Positions 18,237 through 28,110 of a stretch of 64,000 nt of DNA are shown here, piece by piece. The notes under the pieces were generated by a model that was given only the letters and a program-made list of their open reading frames with translations, was not told where the DNA came from and did not search any database. Every line of letters starts with the position of its first letter. Position 1 is the first letter of the stretch. The DNA comes from Egibacteraceae bacterium. GTDB lineage: Bacteria; Actinomycetota; Nitriliruptoria; Euzebyales; Egibacteraceae. The translations under genes were made by a program, and so were the position numbers. The DNA lies in the NCBI GenBank assembly GCA_030447925.1, contig JAUJNX010000001.1, forward strand, positions 896,973 through 960,972. The letters run 5' to 3'.

Positions 18237-19508
18237 GTGCGGGTCGCGGTCCTCGCGATCGGATCGCGGGGGGACGTCCAGCCCTACGTCGCGCTGGGGC
18301 TGGGGCTGCGCGCCGCCGGCCACGACGTGCGCCTGGCCACCCATGAGGGCTTCCGCGGCCTGGTCGAGGGCTCGGGGCTCGCGTTCGCGCCGATCGGCGG
18401 GGACCCCCAGGCGCTGGTCGCGTCCGAGGCGGGGGTGGCGTGGCTGGAGTCGGGCCGCAACCCCGTCGCGTTCGTCCGGCGGCTGGCCCCGTTCGCGCGG
18501 GAGGTGGGGCTGCGCGTCGCCGGGGACGTGCTGGCGGCGGCCGGCGACGCGGACGCGATCGTCGGGTCGGCGCTGGCGCTGGCCGGCTACCACGTCGCCG
18601 AGGCCCGCGGCGTGCCGTTCCTCGGCGCGTTCCTCCAGCCGCTCTACCCGACCGCGGCGTTCCCGACCGTGCTCGCGCCCGCCGGCGACCTGGGGCCCCT
18701 GGGCAACCGCCTCAGCGCGCGGCTGGTGGCCGCGGCCATCGAGCTGCCCTTCCGCGGGCTGGTGAACGGCTGGCGGCGCGACGCGCTGGGCCTGCCGCCC
18801 CTGCGCGGGGTCGACTTCACCGCGCGGGTCGCGCGCGAGCGCGTGCCGGTCCTCTACGGCTTCTCGCCCCTGGTGGTGCCGCGCCCGGCGGACTGGCCGC
18901 CGCAGCTGCACGTGTGCGGGTGGTGGTCCCTGCCGGCGCCGCAGGGGTGGGCGCCCGACCAGCGGCTGGCCGCCTTCCTGGACGCCGGTCCGCCGCCGGT
19001 GTTCGTCGGCTTCGGCAGCATGCGCCCCCGGGACCCCGCCCGCGCGGCCGAGGTGGTGGTCGAGTCCCTGCGCCGCGCCGGCCGCCGCGGCGTGATCGCC
19101 GCCGGCTGGGCGGAGCTGGGCGCGGCGGGCGACGACGTCCTGGTGGTGGGGGAGGTGCCCCACGACCGGCTGTTCCCGCGCTGCGCCGCGGTCGTCCACC
19201 ACGGCGGGGCGGGCACGACCGGCACCGCCCTGCGCGCCGGGCTGCCCTCGTTCGCCGTCCCGTTCTTCGCCGACCAGTTCTTCTGGGGCGCGCGCGCGGC
19301 GCGCCTGGGGGTGGGCCCGTCGCCGCTCCCGGCCCGGGGCCTTGAGCCCGCCCGCCTGTCGGCCGCCATCCGCACCGCCGCGACCAACGCGCGCATGCGC
19401 GACCGCGCGGCGGCGGTGGGCCGCGCGCTTGCCCGCGAGGACGGCGTGGCGGCCGCCGTCGCCGCCTTCACCGCGGAGGTCCGAGCCCCCCGCCCGGCTC
19501 GACGCTGA
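18237..19508 (+). CDS. Glycosyltransferase family 1 (UGT/MGT-like, GT28-type N-terminal domain)
   Basis: 'VRVAVLAIGSRGDVQPYVALGLGLRAAGHDV' N-terminus; C-terminal donor-binding 'VVHHGGAGTTGTALRAGLPSFAVPFFADQFFWG'; GTG start overlaps ilvA stop. Confidence 0.7.
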   Translation: MRVAVLAIGSRGDVQPYVALGLGLRAAGHDVRLATHEGFRGLVEGSGLAFAPIGGDPQALVASEAGVAWLESGRNPVAFVRRLAPFAREVGLRVAGDVLAAAGDADAIVGSALALAGYHVAEARGVPFLGAFLQPLYPTAAFPTVLAPAGDLGPLGNRLSARLVAAAIELPFRGLVNGWRRDALGLPPLRGVDFTARVARERVPVLYGFSPLVVPRPADWPPQLHVCGWWSLPAPQGWAPDQRLAAFLDAGPPPVFVGFGSMRPRDPARAAEVVVESLRRAGRRGVIAAGWAELGAAGDDVLVVGEVPHDRLFPRCAAVVHHGGAGTTGTALRAGLPSFAVPFFADQFFWGARAARLGVGPSPLPARGLEPARLSAAIRTAATNARMRDRAAAVGRALAREDGVAAAVAAFTAEVRAPRPARR

Positions 19509-19899
19509 AGCCCGCCAGCGCCGCCGCATCGCGGAGCCGCCGGTCGAAGCAGACGAAGGTCGTGCAGTCCGGGTCCGCCGCCCGAGCCGCGAGGGCGCTG
19601 GCCAGCTGGACCGCGTCGAGCGCCCGCAGGGCGTGCACGGCGCTCAACCGGGCCGCCTCCTCCAGGACGGCTCCGGTGACCGCGAGGGCGATCAGCTCGG
19701 GCGGCCGGTCCTCGTCACCGAGGTAGTCGGCCTCGAACAGCGCGGTGAGGACGGCCGCGGCATCCGCCTCCAGCGCGCCCTCGCGCTGCTTGCGCCAGAG
19801 GGCCGACGGCACCTCGACCCGGGCCAGGGCGGACACCACGACGGTGCCGAAGTGGCGGACGTCGTCGCTGCCTGCCTCGTCCGCGTAGCGCTTCACCAC
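19468..19899 (-). CDS. PIN-domain toxin (VapC family)
   Basis: 143 aa directly downstream of RHH antitoxin; 3' end overlaps the convergent glycosyltransferase by ~41 bp. Confidence 0.6.
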   Translation of the reverse strand: MVKRYADEAGSDDVRHFGTVVVSALARVEVPSALWRKQREGALEADAAAVLTALFEADYLGDEDRPPELIALAVTGAVLEEAARLSAVHALRALDAVQLASALAARAADPDCTTFVCFDRRLRDAAALAGFSVEPGGGLGPPR

Positions 19900-19922
19900 C
19901 GCGGACGAGTCGGCGAACGCGC

Positions 19923-20222
19923 TCAGGTCCGCCCCTCCGCGACGTAGTCGCTCAGCGGCCGGCCCTGCCCGGCGGCCCGGCGGGCACGGGCGATCGTCGC
20001 GTCGTGCGGACGGGACCCCCGCCGCTGCCCCGGTTCGGCGAGCAGACCCGCGCGCCGGAGGCGCTCGCGCGTGCGCTCGGCCTCGTCGCCGCTCAGTTCC
20101 GGGTCCACGGCAGCCTGCAGGACGGCCGCCGCCCAGGCGTTGAGGCTCTGGCCGCGCTCGGCCGCGGCCCGCCGGAGGTCGTCAGCGAGGACGTCGGGCA
20201 CCCGCAGGGTGATCTGCGCCAT
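19923..20222 (-). CDS. Type II antitoxin, ribbon-helix-helix/VapB-like
   Basis: 99 aa 'MAQITLRVPDVLADDLRRAAAERGQSLNAWAAAVLQAAV' RHH fold; immediately upstream of the PIN toxin. Confidence 0.55.
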   Translation of the reverse strand: MAQITLRVPDVLADDLRRAAAERGQSLNAWAAAVLQAAVDPELSGDEAERTRERLRRAGLLAEPGQRRGSRPHDATIARARRAAGQGRPLSDYVAEGRT

Positions 20223-20338
20223 GCCTGCATGCTAGCAGCCATGCCTCCTCACGCGTGCGGGGCCCGGCGGGTGAACGTGGCGCTGCCGGACCCGGGGGAG
20301 CGGGTCCGGCAGCGGGTGGTGCGTCGTGCGGGAGGCGG

Positions 20339-21502
20339 TCAGTACCCCGAGCCCGAGCCGGCCGCGGAGGAGTAGGCGGCACCGGGCTCGGCCTCGCCGC
20401 TGCCCATATCGCCGCCGACCAGGCGCGACCCGTCGGTGGCCACCAGCGTCCAGTTCGGGGAGCCGGTGATCTCGCCGCCCCACTCGGACTCCGAGACCTT
20501 CCAGTAGGCGACCCAGCCGTTGATGGTCAGGTAGCCCTCGGGGCTCACCCCGACCAGGGACTCGCTGAGCTCCGCGCCGGCCTCGACCGCGGCCTGGCCG
20601 CGGATCGGCTTGTACCGGTCGGCGCACGCCCCGGTGCAGGTCATCTGGTCGCGGGGCTCGAGGTCCTTGAAGTACACCGTGCAGTTGCCGTCGGCGGTGC
20701 GGACGTACCGCCCGTACGCCGAGTCGGCGACCTCCAGCGTGACGTTCTCCTTCTCCGGGCAGGACCCGTCGCCGCGGGCGCCGCTGGCCGCCTCGCCGCG
20801 GTCCGCGGACCCGGCCGCGGGGGCCGGCGCCGGTGCGGGCGCAGGAGCGGCGGGCGCGGCCGGCGCGGCCTCGTAGGCCTCGGTGCCGCTGTAGGCGTCC
20901 TGGGCCTGCTCGGGCGTGAGGGCGGGGGCCTCGGACTCCGCGGCGTCGGCGGGGGCCTCCTTCACGAGCTGGCCCGCCGCGTTGACGACGTACCACTTGC
21001 CCCCGACGCCCTGGCCGTTCCAGGTCCCCGGGCCCGGGTCCCCGGCGTAGAAGTACAGCGGCCAGCCGTTGTAGGCGACCTGCGTGGCGCCGTCGGTGCC
21101 GGTGATCGTCGACACCTTCGCGGCGTCGACGCCCTCGCCGGCCTGCGGGGCGCCCTCGGTGCCCCAGGCCGGCCAGTTGGCGAGGCAGTCCGCCGCGCAG
21201 GCCGACGTCCCCGCGTTCTGCGTGTCGTCGGTGAACCCGTAGAGGACCTTGCCCTCCGGGTTGGTGATGCACTGGCCCAGCTGGCCGCACTCGCCCAGCA
21301 CCAGCTGCGCGCCGGACGCCGCCTCGGGCTGCGCCTGCGCGACGGCGGTGTCGCCCGCCGGCTCGGCGGCGTACGGGTCGGCCGCCGTCTGCGCGCCCGC
21401 CGCCTGGATGGCGGTCTCCCCCTGCTGCCCGCCGCTGCACGCGGCGAGCGTCAGCGCCAGCGCCAGCACCAGGAGGAACCAGCTCTTCCGCGTTGTCCGC
21501 AC
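20339..21502 (-). CDS. Lipoprotein with two tandem PF03640-type secreted repeats
   Basis: Signal peptide plus lipobox 'LTLAAC'; two copies of 'GKVLYGFTDD...'/'YKPIRGQAAV...' repeat modules separated by Ala/Pro-rich linker 'APAAPAAPAPAPAPAPAAG'. Confidence 0.65.
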   Translation of the reverse strand: MRTTRKSWFLLVLALALTLAACSGGQQGETAIQAAGAQTAADPYAAEPAGDTAVAQAQPEAASGAQLVLGECGQLGQCITNPEGKVLYGFTDDTQNAGTSACAADCLANWPAWGTEGAPQAGEGVDAAKVSTITGTDGATQVAYNGWPLYFYAGDPGPGTWNGQGVGGKWYVVNAAGQLVKEAPADAAESEAPALTPEQAQDAYSGTEAYEAAPAAPAAPAPAPAPAPAAGSADRGEAASGARGDGSCPEKENVTLEVADSAYGRYVRTADGNCTVYFKDLEPRDQMTCTGACADRYKPIRGQAAVEAGAELSESLVGVSPEGYLTINGWVAYWKVSESEWGGEITGSPNWTLVATDGSRLVGGDMGSGEAEPGAAYSSAAGSGSGY

Positions 21503-21624
21503 GACCCAACCCTCTCGACGTCGTCTCCGTGCCTTCGGGGGGGAGTACGGGCGGGGCGCGGCCCCGCTTCAGACCGATCTCGAACGGGTCCCGGCCTGTC
21601 ACACCCCTCGGGCAAAATGGGCCC

Positions 21625-23418
21625 ATGAGCGCCGCGCCCGCCGGTCCGGCCACGGACTACGTCTACGCCACGTCGGCGGACGCGGCGCAGCGCTGGCTGG
21701 CCGCCGCGGCCGGGGTCGGCATCGTCGCGGTGGACACCGAGACCTCGGGCTGGGACCCCCACCGCGACCGGCTGCTGCTCGTCCAGGTCAGCGCCGGGCC
21801 CGAGCGGCCGGTGCTGGTGCTCGACGCCCAGCGCGTGGACCCGGCCGTGCTGACGCCGCTGTTCACCGACCCGGGCGTGCTGAAGGTCTTCCACCACGGC
21901 TCGTTCGACCTGCGCTTCCTGCGCCGCGGCGGCGTCCCGGTCCGCCGCGTCGCCGACACGATGCTGGCCCAGCAGCTGCTCGACGGCGGCGCCAAGACCG
22001 CCACGGGCGTCGGCCTGGCCGGCATCGCCGCGTTCCGCCTGGGGATGCAGCTGGACAAGTCGGTGCGCGACTCCTTCGACGGCGGTGACCTCGCGGACTT
22101 CCAGTTGCGCTACGCCGCCGACGACGCGGTCGCGACCTGGGGCGTGTTCGACCAGCAGTGGCGGGAGCTGGTCGGCCACGGCCTGGTCCGCGTCGCCCAG
22201 CTGGAGTTCGCCGCCCTGCCCGTCCTGGCGGAGCTGCAGCTGCGCGGGGTGACCCTGGACGCCCCCCGGTGGCGGGACCTGGTCGGTGGGCTGGAGGCGG
22301 AGCTGCCCGCGCTGGAGGAGGCGGCGCAGGCCGCCCTGGTGACCGACGACAGCCCGCGGGACCTGTTCGGCCCGACCCCGGTCAACCTCGACGCCGCCGA
22401 GCAGGTGCGCGAGGCGCTGGCCCGCACCGGCGTGGACGTCACCTCCACGCGCGAGGCCGCGCTGCGCGACCACGCCGGCCACCCGGCCGTCGACGCGCTG
22501 CTGGCCTACCGGCAGGTGGCCAAGGTCACCAGCAACTTCGGCGGCGACTGGGCGGACCGGGCGGTCAACCCGGTCAGCGGGCGCATCCACGCCGACTGGC
22601 GCCAGATCGTGGGGGCGGGCCGCATCGCCTGCAGCGATCCCAACCTCACCCAGATCCCCAAGGACCCGCGCTACCGGTCCTGCTTCGGCGGGGCCCCGGG
22701 GCGCGTCTGCGTGGTGGCGGACTACTCCCAGCAGGAGCTGCGGATCCTGGCGGCGGTGTCGGGGGACCGCGCCCTGGCCGACGTGTTCCGCCGCGGCGGG
22801 GACCTGCACCGCACGACCGCGGCGATGGCGTTCGGGGTGGCGGAGGACGCGGTCACCGCCGACCAGCGGGCCGCGGCCAAGGCGCTGAACTTCGGGCTGA
22901 TGTACGGGATGGGCGCGCCGGGGTTCGCCCGCGCGACCGGGACGACCCTGGTCCAGGCGCAGGAGACGATGGCGCGGTACTTCGCCGCCTTCCCTCGGGT
23001 GGCCGCGTGGCTCGCGGAGGCGGAGGCCAGCGGCCGGCGCAACGGGCGGACCCAGACGGTGCTGGGGCGCATCCGCGTCCTGGACCCCGACATCGGCCCC
23101 GGCCTGTCCACCCTGTCGCGCAACGCGCCGATCCAGGGGGCGGGGGCGGACATGACCAAGCTCGCCCTGGCCGAGGTCGCGCGCCGCCTGGACCGCTCCG
23201 GCGGGCGGCCCGACCCGCGCGTCGCGCCGGACGGGCTCATCCTCGTCGTCCACGACGAGCTGGTGGTCGAGGTCGCGCGGGACCGGGCGGAGGAGACGGC
23301 CGCCCTGGTGGCCGACGGCATGGTCGCCGCCGCCGCGGAGGTCCTGGGCGACGTCCCCGCCGCCGTCGACGTCGACATCCGCCCCGCCTGGGGAGAGGCC
23401 CCATCACTTCAGACATAG
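21625..23418 (+). CDS. Family A DNA polymerase, Klenow-like (3'-5' exonuclease + polymerase domains, no 5'-3' nuclease domain)
   Basis: 598 aa from ATG 21625; Exo I 'VAVDTETSG', Exo II 'HHGSFDLRFL', Exo III 'YAADDAVAT'; Pol motif A 'DYSQQELRILA', motif B 'RAAAKALNFGLMYGMG', motif C 'LVVHDELVVEV'. Confidence 0.8.
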   Translation: MSAAPAGPATDYVYATSADAAQRWLAAAAGVGIVAVDTETSGWDPHRDRLLLVQVSAGPERPVLVLDAQRVDPAVLTPLFTDPGVLKVFHHGSFDLRFLRRGGVPVRRVADTMLAQQLLDGGAKTATGVGLAGIAAFRLGMQLDKSVRDSFDGGDLADFQLRYAADDAVATWGVFDQQWRELVGHGLVRVAQLEFAALPVLAELQLRGVTLDAPRWRDLVGGLEAELPALEEAAQAALVTDDSPRDLFGPTPVNLDAAEQVREALARTGVDVTSTREAALRDHAGHPAVDALLAYRQVAKVTSNFGGDWADRAVNPVSGRIHADWRQIVGAGRIACSDPNLTQIPKDPRYRSCFGGAPGRVCVVADYSQQELRILAAVSGDRALADVFRRGGDLHRTTAAMAFGVAEDAVTADQRAAAKALNFGLMYGMGAPGFARATGTTLVQAQETMARYFAAFPRVAAWLAEAEASGRRNGRTQTVLGRIRVLDPDIGPGLSTLSRNAPIQGAGADMTKLALAEVARRLDRSGGRPDPRVAPDGLILVVHDELVVEVARDRAEETAALVADGMVAAAAEVLGDVPAAVDVDIRPAWGEAPSLQT

Positions 23419-23481
23419 GAACTGGGACCCGTCGGGAACCATGGGGTGTCCGCACCCGCACGTTCTCGAGGAGACGCACAT

Positions 23482-24400
23482 GTCACAGCCCGAACCCGAC
23501 CGGGAGACCGTCCTGGTCTTCGGTTCCACCGGCACGCAGGGACGCCCGGTGGCCGGCCTCCTGCTGGACGAGGGCTACGCTGTCCGCGCCGTCACGCGCA
23601 ACCCGGAGGCGGCCGCCGGCCTGACCGCCCGGGGCGCGCAGGTGGTCGCGGCGGACCTCAACGACCCGGATGCGGTCCGGGCCGCCGCGCAGGGCGCGGA
23701 TCGCGTGTTCCTCCACCTGCCGCTGTCGTTCGGCGCCCCGGGCGCGGCGGAGCGCGCCCGCGCGGCCATCGACGCCCTGGTCGCCGCCGGGGTGCGCCAG
23801 ATCGTGTTCAGCACCAGCGGGCCGGTGCCCCACGCGCCCCAGGGCATCCCGGGCCTGGACGACCGCGTGGCCGTCCTGCGCCACGTCCTGGACACCGGCG
23901 TCGGCACCGTGCTGAAGCCGACCGGGTTCATGGAGAACTTCGCCGCGCCGTGGTCCGCCGAGCGCCTCGCCGCGGGCGAGCTGGCCTACCCGCGCCCCCC
24001 GGAGCTGCAGGTGGCGTGGGTCACCAACGACGACGTCGCCGCGGCGGCCCTCGCCGCCATGCGCGACCCCGCGACCGTCGGGCAGGTCTTCGTCCTGGCG
24101 GGGCCCGAGGCCCTGGACGGCCCCGCGGCGGCGGACCGCCTCGCCCGCGGTCTCGGCCGCTCGGTGACCTACCGCGAGATCGACGGGACGGAGTTCGCGG
24201 AGATGATGACCCCGTACCTGGGGGCGGAGACGGCCAAGGCGATCGGCAGCGGCTACGACCAGATGCCGCGGTTCCAGGACCCGATGATGATCCCCGACGG
24301 CGGGCCGGCGGCCGCGGCGCTCGGCATCCGCCTCACCCCGCTGGAGGAGTGGGCCCGGACCCGCGACTGGGACGCGGGCGGCCGCCCCCGCAGCGCCTGA
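23482..24400 (+). CDS. NmrA family NAD(P)-binding protein
   Basis: 'VLVFGSTGTQGRPV' Rossmann N-terminus, NmrA-like length and layout; start taken at 'MSQPEPDRETV'. Confidence 0.7.
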
Positions 24401-24436
24401 GCGCGTCCCCGCGTACCTCGCCGGCGCCGCCAGCGG

Positions 24437-24452
24437 GTTACTGGCCGGTAAC
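24437..24452. promoter_or_regulatory. Inverted repeat GTTAC-N6-GTAAC, candidate operator upstream of fadA-fadB
   Basis: 'gttactggccggtaac' about 50 bp upstream of the fadA GTG start, in an otherwise GC-monotone intergenic region. Confidence 0.3.
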
Positions 24453-24503
24453 ATGTGCAGGACGGTATCGACCCGACCAGGGAGCCAGCGACATGGAGCC
24501 GAC

Positions 24504-25679
24504 GTGGAGTTGAGGGACGCGGTCTACATCGACGGGGTGCGCGTGCCCATCGGGCGCGCGCGCCCCGACGGCTACTACGGCTCCACCCGCGCCGACGACC
24601 TGGCGGTGCGGACCATCCGCGCGCTGCTGGACCGCAACCCGGGCCTGGACCCGGCGCGCGTCGACGACAACGCCTGGGCGGCCACCACCCAGCAGGGCGA
24701 CCAGGCGCTGACCCTCGGGCGGACCGCCGCGATCCTGTCGGGGCTGCCCACGAGCGTGCCCGGCTACGCGGTGGACCGCATGTGCGCGGGGGCGCTGACG
24801 ACCATCACCAACGCGGCCAACGCCATCCGCGTCGGCGCGCAGGACGTCGTCATCGCCGGCGGCGTCGAGCACATGGGCCACCACCCCATGGGCCAGGGCG
24901 TGGACCCCAACCCGCGCTTCCTGTCCGAGCAGCTGGTCGGCACCGACGCCCTGGTCATGGGCCTCACCGCCGAGAACCTCCACGACCTGCACCCGGGCAT
25001 CACCCGCCGCCGGGCCGACGAGTACGCGCTGCAGAGCCAGGAGCGCGTCGCCAAGGCGCAGGCGGGCGGGGTGTTCGACGACCACGTCGTGCGCATGCAG
25101 GTGTGGTCGCCGGACGGCTGGCGGGTCGTCGCCACCGACGAGCACCCCCGCCCCGGCACCACGCTGGAGGCCCTGGCCGCCCTGCGGCCGGCGTTCCGGC
25201 CGGGCGGGCGGGTGACCGCCGGCAACAGCGCGGGGCTGAACGACGGCGCGGGCTGCGTGCTGCTGACCTCCCGCCAGGCCGCCCAGGACATGGGCCTGAA
25301 GCCGCGGATGCGGCTGGTGGACTACGCCTTCGTCGGCGTCGAGCCGGAGACCATGGGCTGGGGCCCGGTGCCCGCGACGGAGAAGCTGCTCGCCCGCAAC
25401 GGCCTGTCGATCGGCGACATCGACGCCATCGAGATGAACGAGGCGTTCGCGGTGCAGTGCATCGCGTTCCTCGACCACTTCGGCCTGCCGGTCGACGCCC
25501 CCCACGTCAACCCGTACGGCGGCGCGATCGCCATGGGCCACCCGCTGGCGATGTCCGGCGCGCGGCTGACCCAGCAGCTCGCCCACGCCCTGACCGCGCG
25601 CGACGACGCGCGGCTGGGCATGACCACCCTCTGCGTGGGCCTGGGCATGGGCTGCTCGGTCCTGTGGGAGAAGATCTGA
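24504..25679 (+). CDS. fadA: Acetyl-CoA C-acyltransferase (3-ketoacyl-CoA thiolase)
   Basis: 'VYIDGVRVPIGR' start, active-site region 'VDRMCAGALTT', 'NEAFAVQ', C-terminal 'GGAIAMGHPLAMSGAR...GLGMG'; stop overlaps fadB ATG (TGATG). Confidence 0.85.
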   Translation: MELRDAVYIDGVRVPIGRARPDGYYGSTRADDLAVRTIRALLDRNPGLDPARVDDNAWAATTQQGDQALTLGRTAAILSGLPTSVPGYAVDRMCAGALTTITNAANAIRVGAQDVVIAGGVEHMGHHPMGQGVDPNPRFLSEQLVGTDALVMGLTAENLHDLHPGITRRRADEYALQSQERVAKAQAGGVFDDHVVRMQVWSPDGWRVVATDEHPRPGTTLEALAALRPAFRPGGRVTAGNSAGLNDGAGCVLLTSRQAAQDMGLKPRMRLVDYAFVGVEPETMGWGPVPATEKLLARNGLSIGDIDAIEMNEAFAVQCIAFLDHFGLPVDAPHVNPYGGAIAMGHPLAMSGARLTQQLAHALTARDDARLGMTTLCVGLGMGCSVLWEKI

Positions 25680-27736
25680 TGCCCGAGCTCGTCACCGAGT
25701 TCAAGCTCACCTACGTCGAGAGCCGTTCCGCCGGCCGGCTGGCTGTGCTCACGATCGACAACGGCGAGGACCACCGCAGGCCGAGCACGTTCGGGGCCGA
25801 GGGGCTCGCCTCGCTGGGCCAGGCCCTGGACGAGCTGGAGGGCTGGACCGACGTCCGCGGCCTGCTGCTCACCGGCAAGCCGTTCGTGTTCGCCGTGGGC
25901 GCCGACCTCACCGCCTTCGGCGGCGTCGACGAGGCCGCCGCGCGGGAGGGCGGGCGCCGCGGCCACGCCGCGTTCGGCCGCCTCCGCGACCTGCCGTTCC
26001 CCACCGTGGCCGCGATCAACGGTGCCGCGATGGGCGGGGGTCTGGAGATCGCCCTGCACTGCGACGCGCGCACGCTGTCGTCGTCGGCGGCCGCGATCGC
26101 CTTCCCCGAGGTCTTCCTGTCCATCTTCCCCGCGTGGGGCGGCACCCAGCTCACCCCCCGGCTGATCGGCGCCGCCGGTGCGCTGCGCGCGATCGTGGAC
26201 CTGCCGCTGGAGGGCAACCGGACGCTGCGCCCGGCGCAGGCCCTGGAGCTGGGCCTGGCCGACCGGCTGTTCGACGCCGTGGACTTCGCCGAGCGGTCGC
26301 TGTCGTTCCTGGAGGACCTCGTGACCGGCGCGGTGGTCCTGGACCGCCCGGCCCCCGCCGCCGACGGGCTCGACGAGCTGTTCGCCGACGCCCGCGCGCG
26401 GGCGGAGGCGCGCGTGCGCCGGTCCACCCGGGCGCCGTTCGTCGCCATCGACCTGATCGAGTTCGCCGCCCGCGGCGGCGACCTCGCGGAGGGCCTGCGC
26501 CGCGAGGAGGACGGCCTCGCCGAGCTCCTGCCCTCGCGCCAGGCCCAGGCGGCGGTCTACGCCTTCGACCTGACCCAGAACCGGGTGAAGCGTCAGCCGT
26601 GGAAGCCCGCCGCGGCCCCGCGGCAGGTCCGCTCGGCGGCCGTCGTCGGCGCCGGGCTCATGGGCGCCCAGCTCGGCGCCCTGCTGCTCCAGCGCACCGA
26701 GGTCCCGCTGGTGATGAAGGACATCGACGAGGCCGTGCTGGACCGCGCCCGCGGGCTGATCGAGGGCGAGCTGGACAAGCGCGTCCAGCGCGGCCGGCTG
26801 TCACCGGCGCGCGCAGGCTTCCTCAAGTCGATCGTGACCTACACCACCGACTACGCGCCGCTGGCCGGGGCGGACCTGGTGATCGAGGCGGTCGTGGAGG
26901 TGCTGGACCTCAAGCGGCGCATCTTCGCGGAGGTCGAGGCGGTGGTCGACGACGGCTGCGTGCTGGCGACCAACACCTCGTCGCTGTCGGTCGCGGCGAT
27001 GGCGGACGGGCTCGCGCACCCGGAGCGCGTCGTCGGGCTGCACTTCTTCAACCCCGTGTCGGTGCTGCCCCTGGTGGAGGTGGTGCGCACGGCCGGTGCG
27101 TCCGACGAGGCCGTGGCCACGGCCTTCGCGGTGACCAAGCAGCTCGGCAAGTCCGCCGTGCCGTGCGCGGACACCCCCGCCTTCGTCGTCAACCGCGTCC
27201 TCACCCGCTTCCTCGGCGCCTGCGGCGAGGCGGTGGGCCGCGGCAGCGACTTCGCCGAGGTCGACGAGGCCATCAAGGACCTCGGGCTGCCGATGGGGCC
27301 CTTCGAGCTGATCGGCCTGGTCGGCCCGGCCGTCGGGGCGCACGTCGCCGCGACCCTGCACGACGCCTACCCCGACCGCTTCCCGCTGGACGCCAACGTC
27401 ACGTGGCTGGGCGCCAGCGGGCTGCCCGGGATCTACGAGGCGCCGGGCCGGCCCTTCCCCCAGGTCACCGAGGCCTGGGTGCGCACCGGCGGCGAGCGCC
27501 TCTCCGCCGAGCAGGTGCGCACCCTGGCGCTGGAGGCGGTGGCCGACGAGGTCCGCCACCTGCTCGACGAGGGCGTGGTCGCCGACGCCCGCGACGTCGA
27601 CACCTGCATGCTCCTCGGCGCCGGCTGGCCGTTCGCGATGGGCGGGGTGTGCCGCTACCTCGACCAGACCGGCGTCAGCGAGAAGCTGTTCGGCGCGCCC
27701 CTCGTGGGCGCGCAGGACGGTGCCGTCAGGGGGTGA
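25679..27736 (+). CDS. fadB: Fatty-acid oxidation complex alpha subunit (enoyl-CoA hydratase + 3-hydroxyacyl-CoA dehydrogenase)
   Basis: N-terminal crotonase fold ('AVGADLTAFGG','INGAAMGGGLEIAL'), central NAD-binding 'AAVVGAGLMGAQLG', C-terminal 3HCDH domain; translationally coupled to fadA. Confidence 0.85.
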   Translation: MPELVTEFKLTYVESRSAGRLAVLTIDNGEDHRRPSTFGAEGLASLGQALDELEGWTDVRGLLLTGKPFVFAVGADLTAFGGVDEAAAREGGRRGHAAFGRLRDLPFPTVAAINGAAMGGGLEIALHCDARTLSSSAAAIAFPEVFLSIFPAWGGTQLTPRLIGAAGALRAIVDLPLEGNRTLRPAQALELGLADRLFDAVDFAERSLSFLEDLVTGAVVLDRPAPAADGLDELFADARARAEARVRRSTRAPFVAIDLIEFAARGGDLAEGLRREEDGLAELLPSRQAQAAVYAFDLTQNRVKRQPWKPAAAPRQVRSAAVVGAGLMGAQLGALLLQRTEVPLVMKDIDEAVLDRARGLIEGELDKRVQRGRLSPARAGFLKSIVTYTTDYAPLAGADLVIEAVVEVLDLKRRIFAEVEAVVDDGCVLATNTSSLSVAAMADGLAHPERVVGLHFFNPVSVLPLVEVVRTAGASDEAVATAFAVTKQLGKSAVPCADTPAFVVNRVLTRFLGACGEAVGRGSDFAEVDEAIKDLGLPMGPFELIGLVGPAVGAHVAATLHDAYPDRFPLDANVTWLGASGLPGIYEAPGRPFPQVTEAWVRTGGERLSAEQVRTLALEAVADEVRHLLDEGVVADARDVDTCMLLGAGWPFAMGGVCRYLDQTGVSEKLFGAPLVGAQDGAVRG

Positions 27737-28010
27737 CCTCGACGCCCTTCCAGAAGGCGACGCGGTCCTTGATCTCCGCGGCCGCGTCCTTGGGCTGGGG
27801 GTAGTACCAGGCCGCGTCGCGGTTCTCCTGGCCGTCGACCGCCAGCGAGTAGTAGCTCGCCTCGCCCTTCCACGGGCAGATCGAGTGCGTGGCGCTGTCG
27901 ACGAGGTACTCGCGCTTCACCGCGTCCGCGGGGAAGTAGTGGTTGCCCTCCACGACGACGGTGTCGTCGGACTGGGCGATGACGGTGCCGTTCCAGGTGG
28001 CGGTGGCCAT
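27726..28010 (-). CDS. DUF427 domain protein
   Basis: 94 aa 'MATATWNGTVIAQSDDTVVVEGNHYFPADAV...CPWKGEASYYS' matches DUF427 pattern. Confidence 0.65.
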   Translation of the reverse strand: MATATWNGTVIAQSDDTVVVEGNHYFPADAVKREYLVDSATHSICPWKGEASYYSLAVDGQENRDAAWYYPQPKDAAAEIKDRVAFWKGVEVTP

Positions 28011-28110
28011 GGTGTTCCTCCGGCTGATCGGGGGCGGTCGCGGAGGACAACACGCCGGACCCCGCGGTCCTTCCGCGTACTAATCAACGCCAAGGGGCAC
28101 GAAGGATCGC

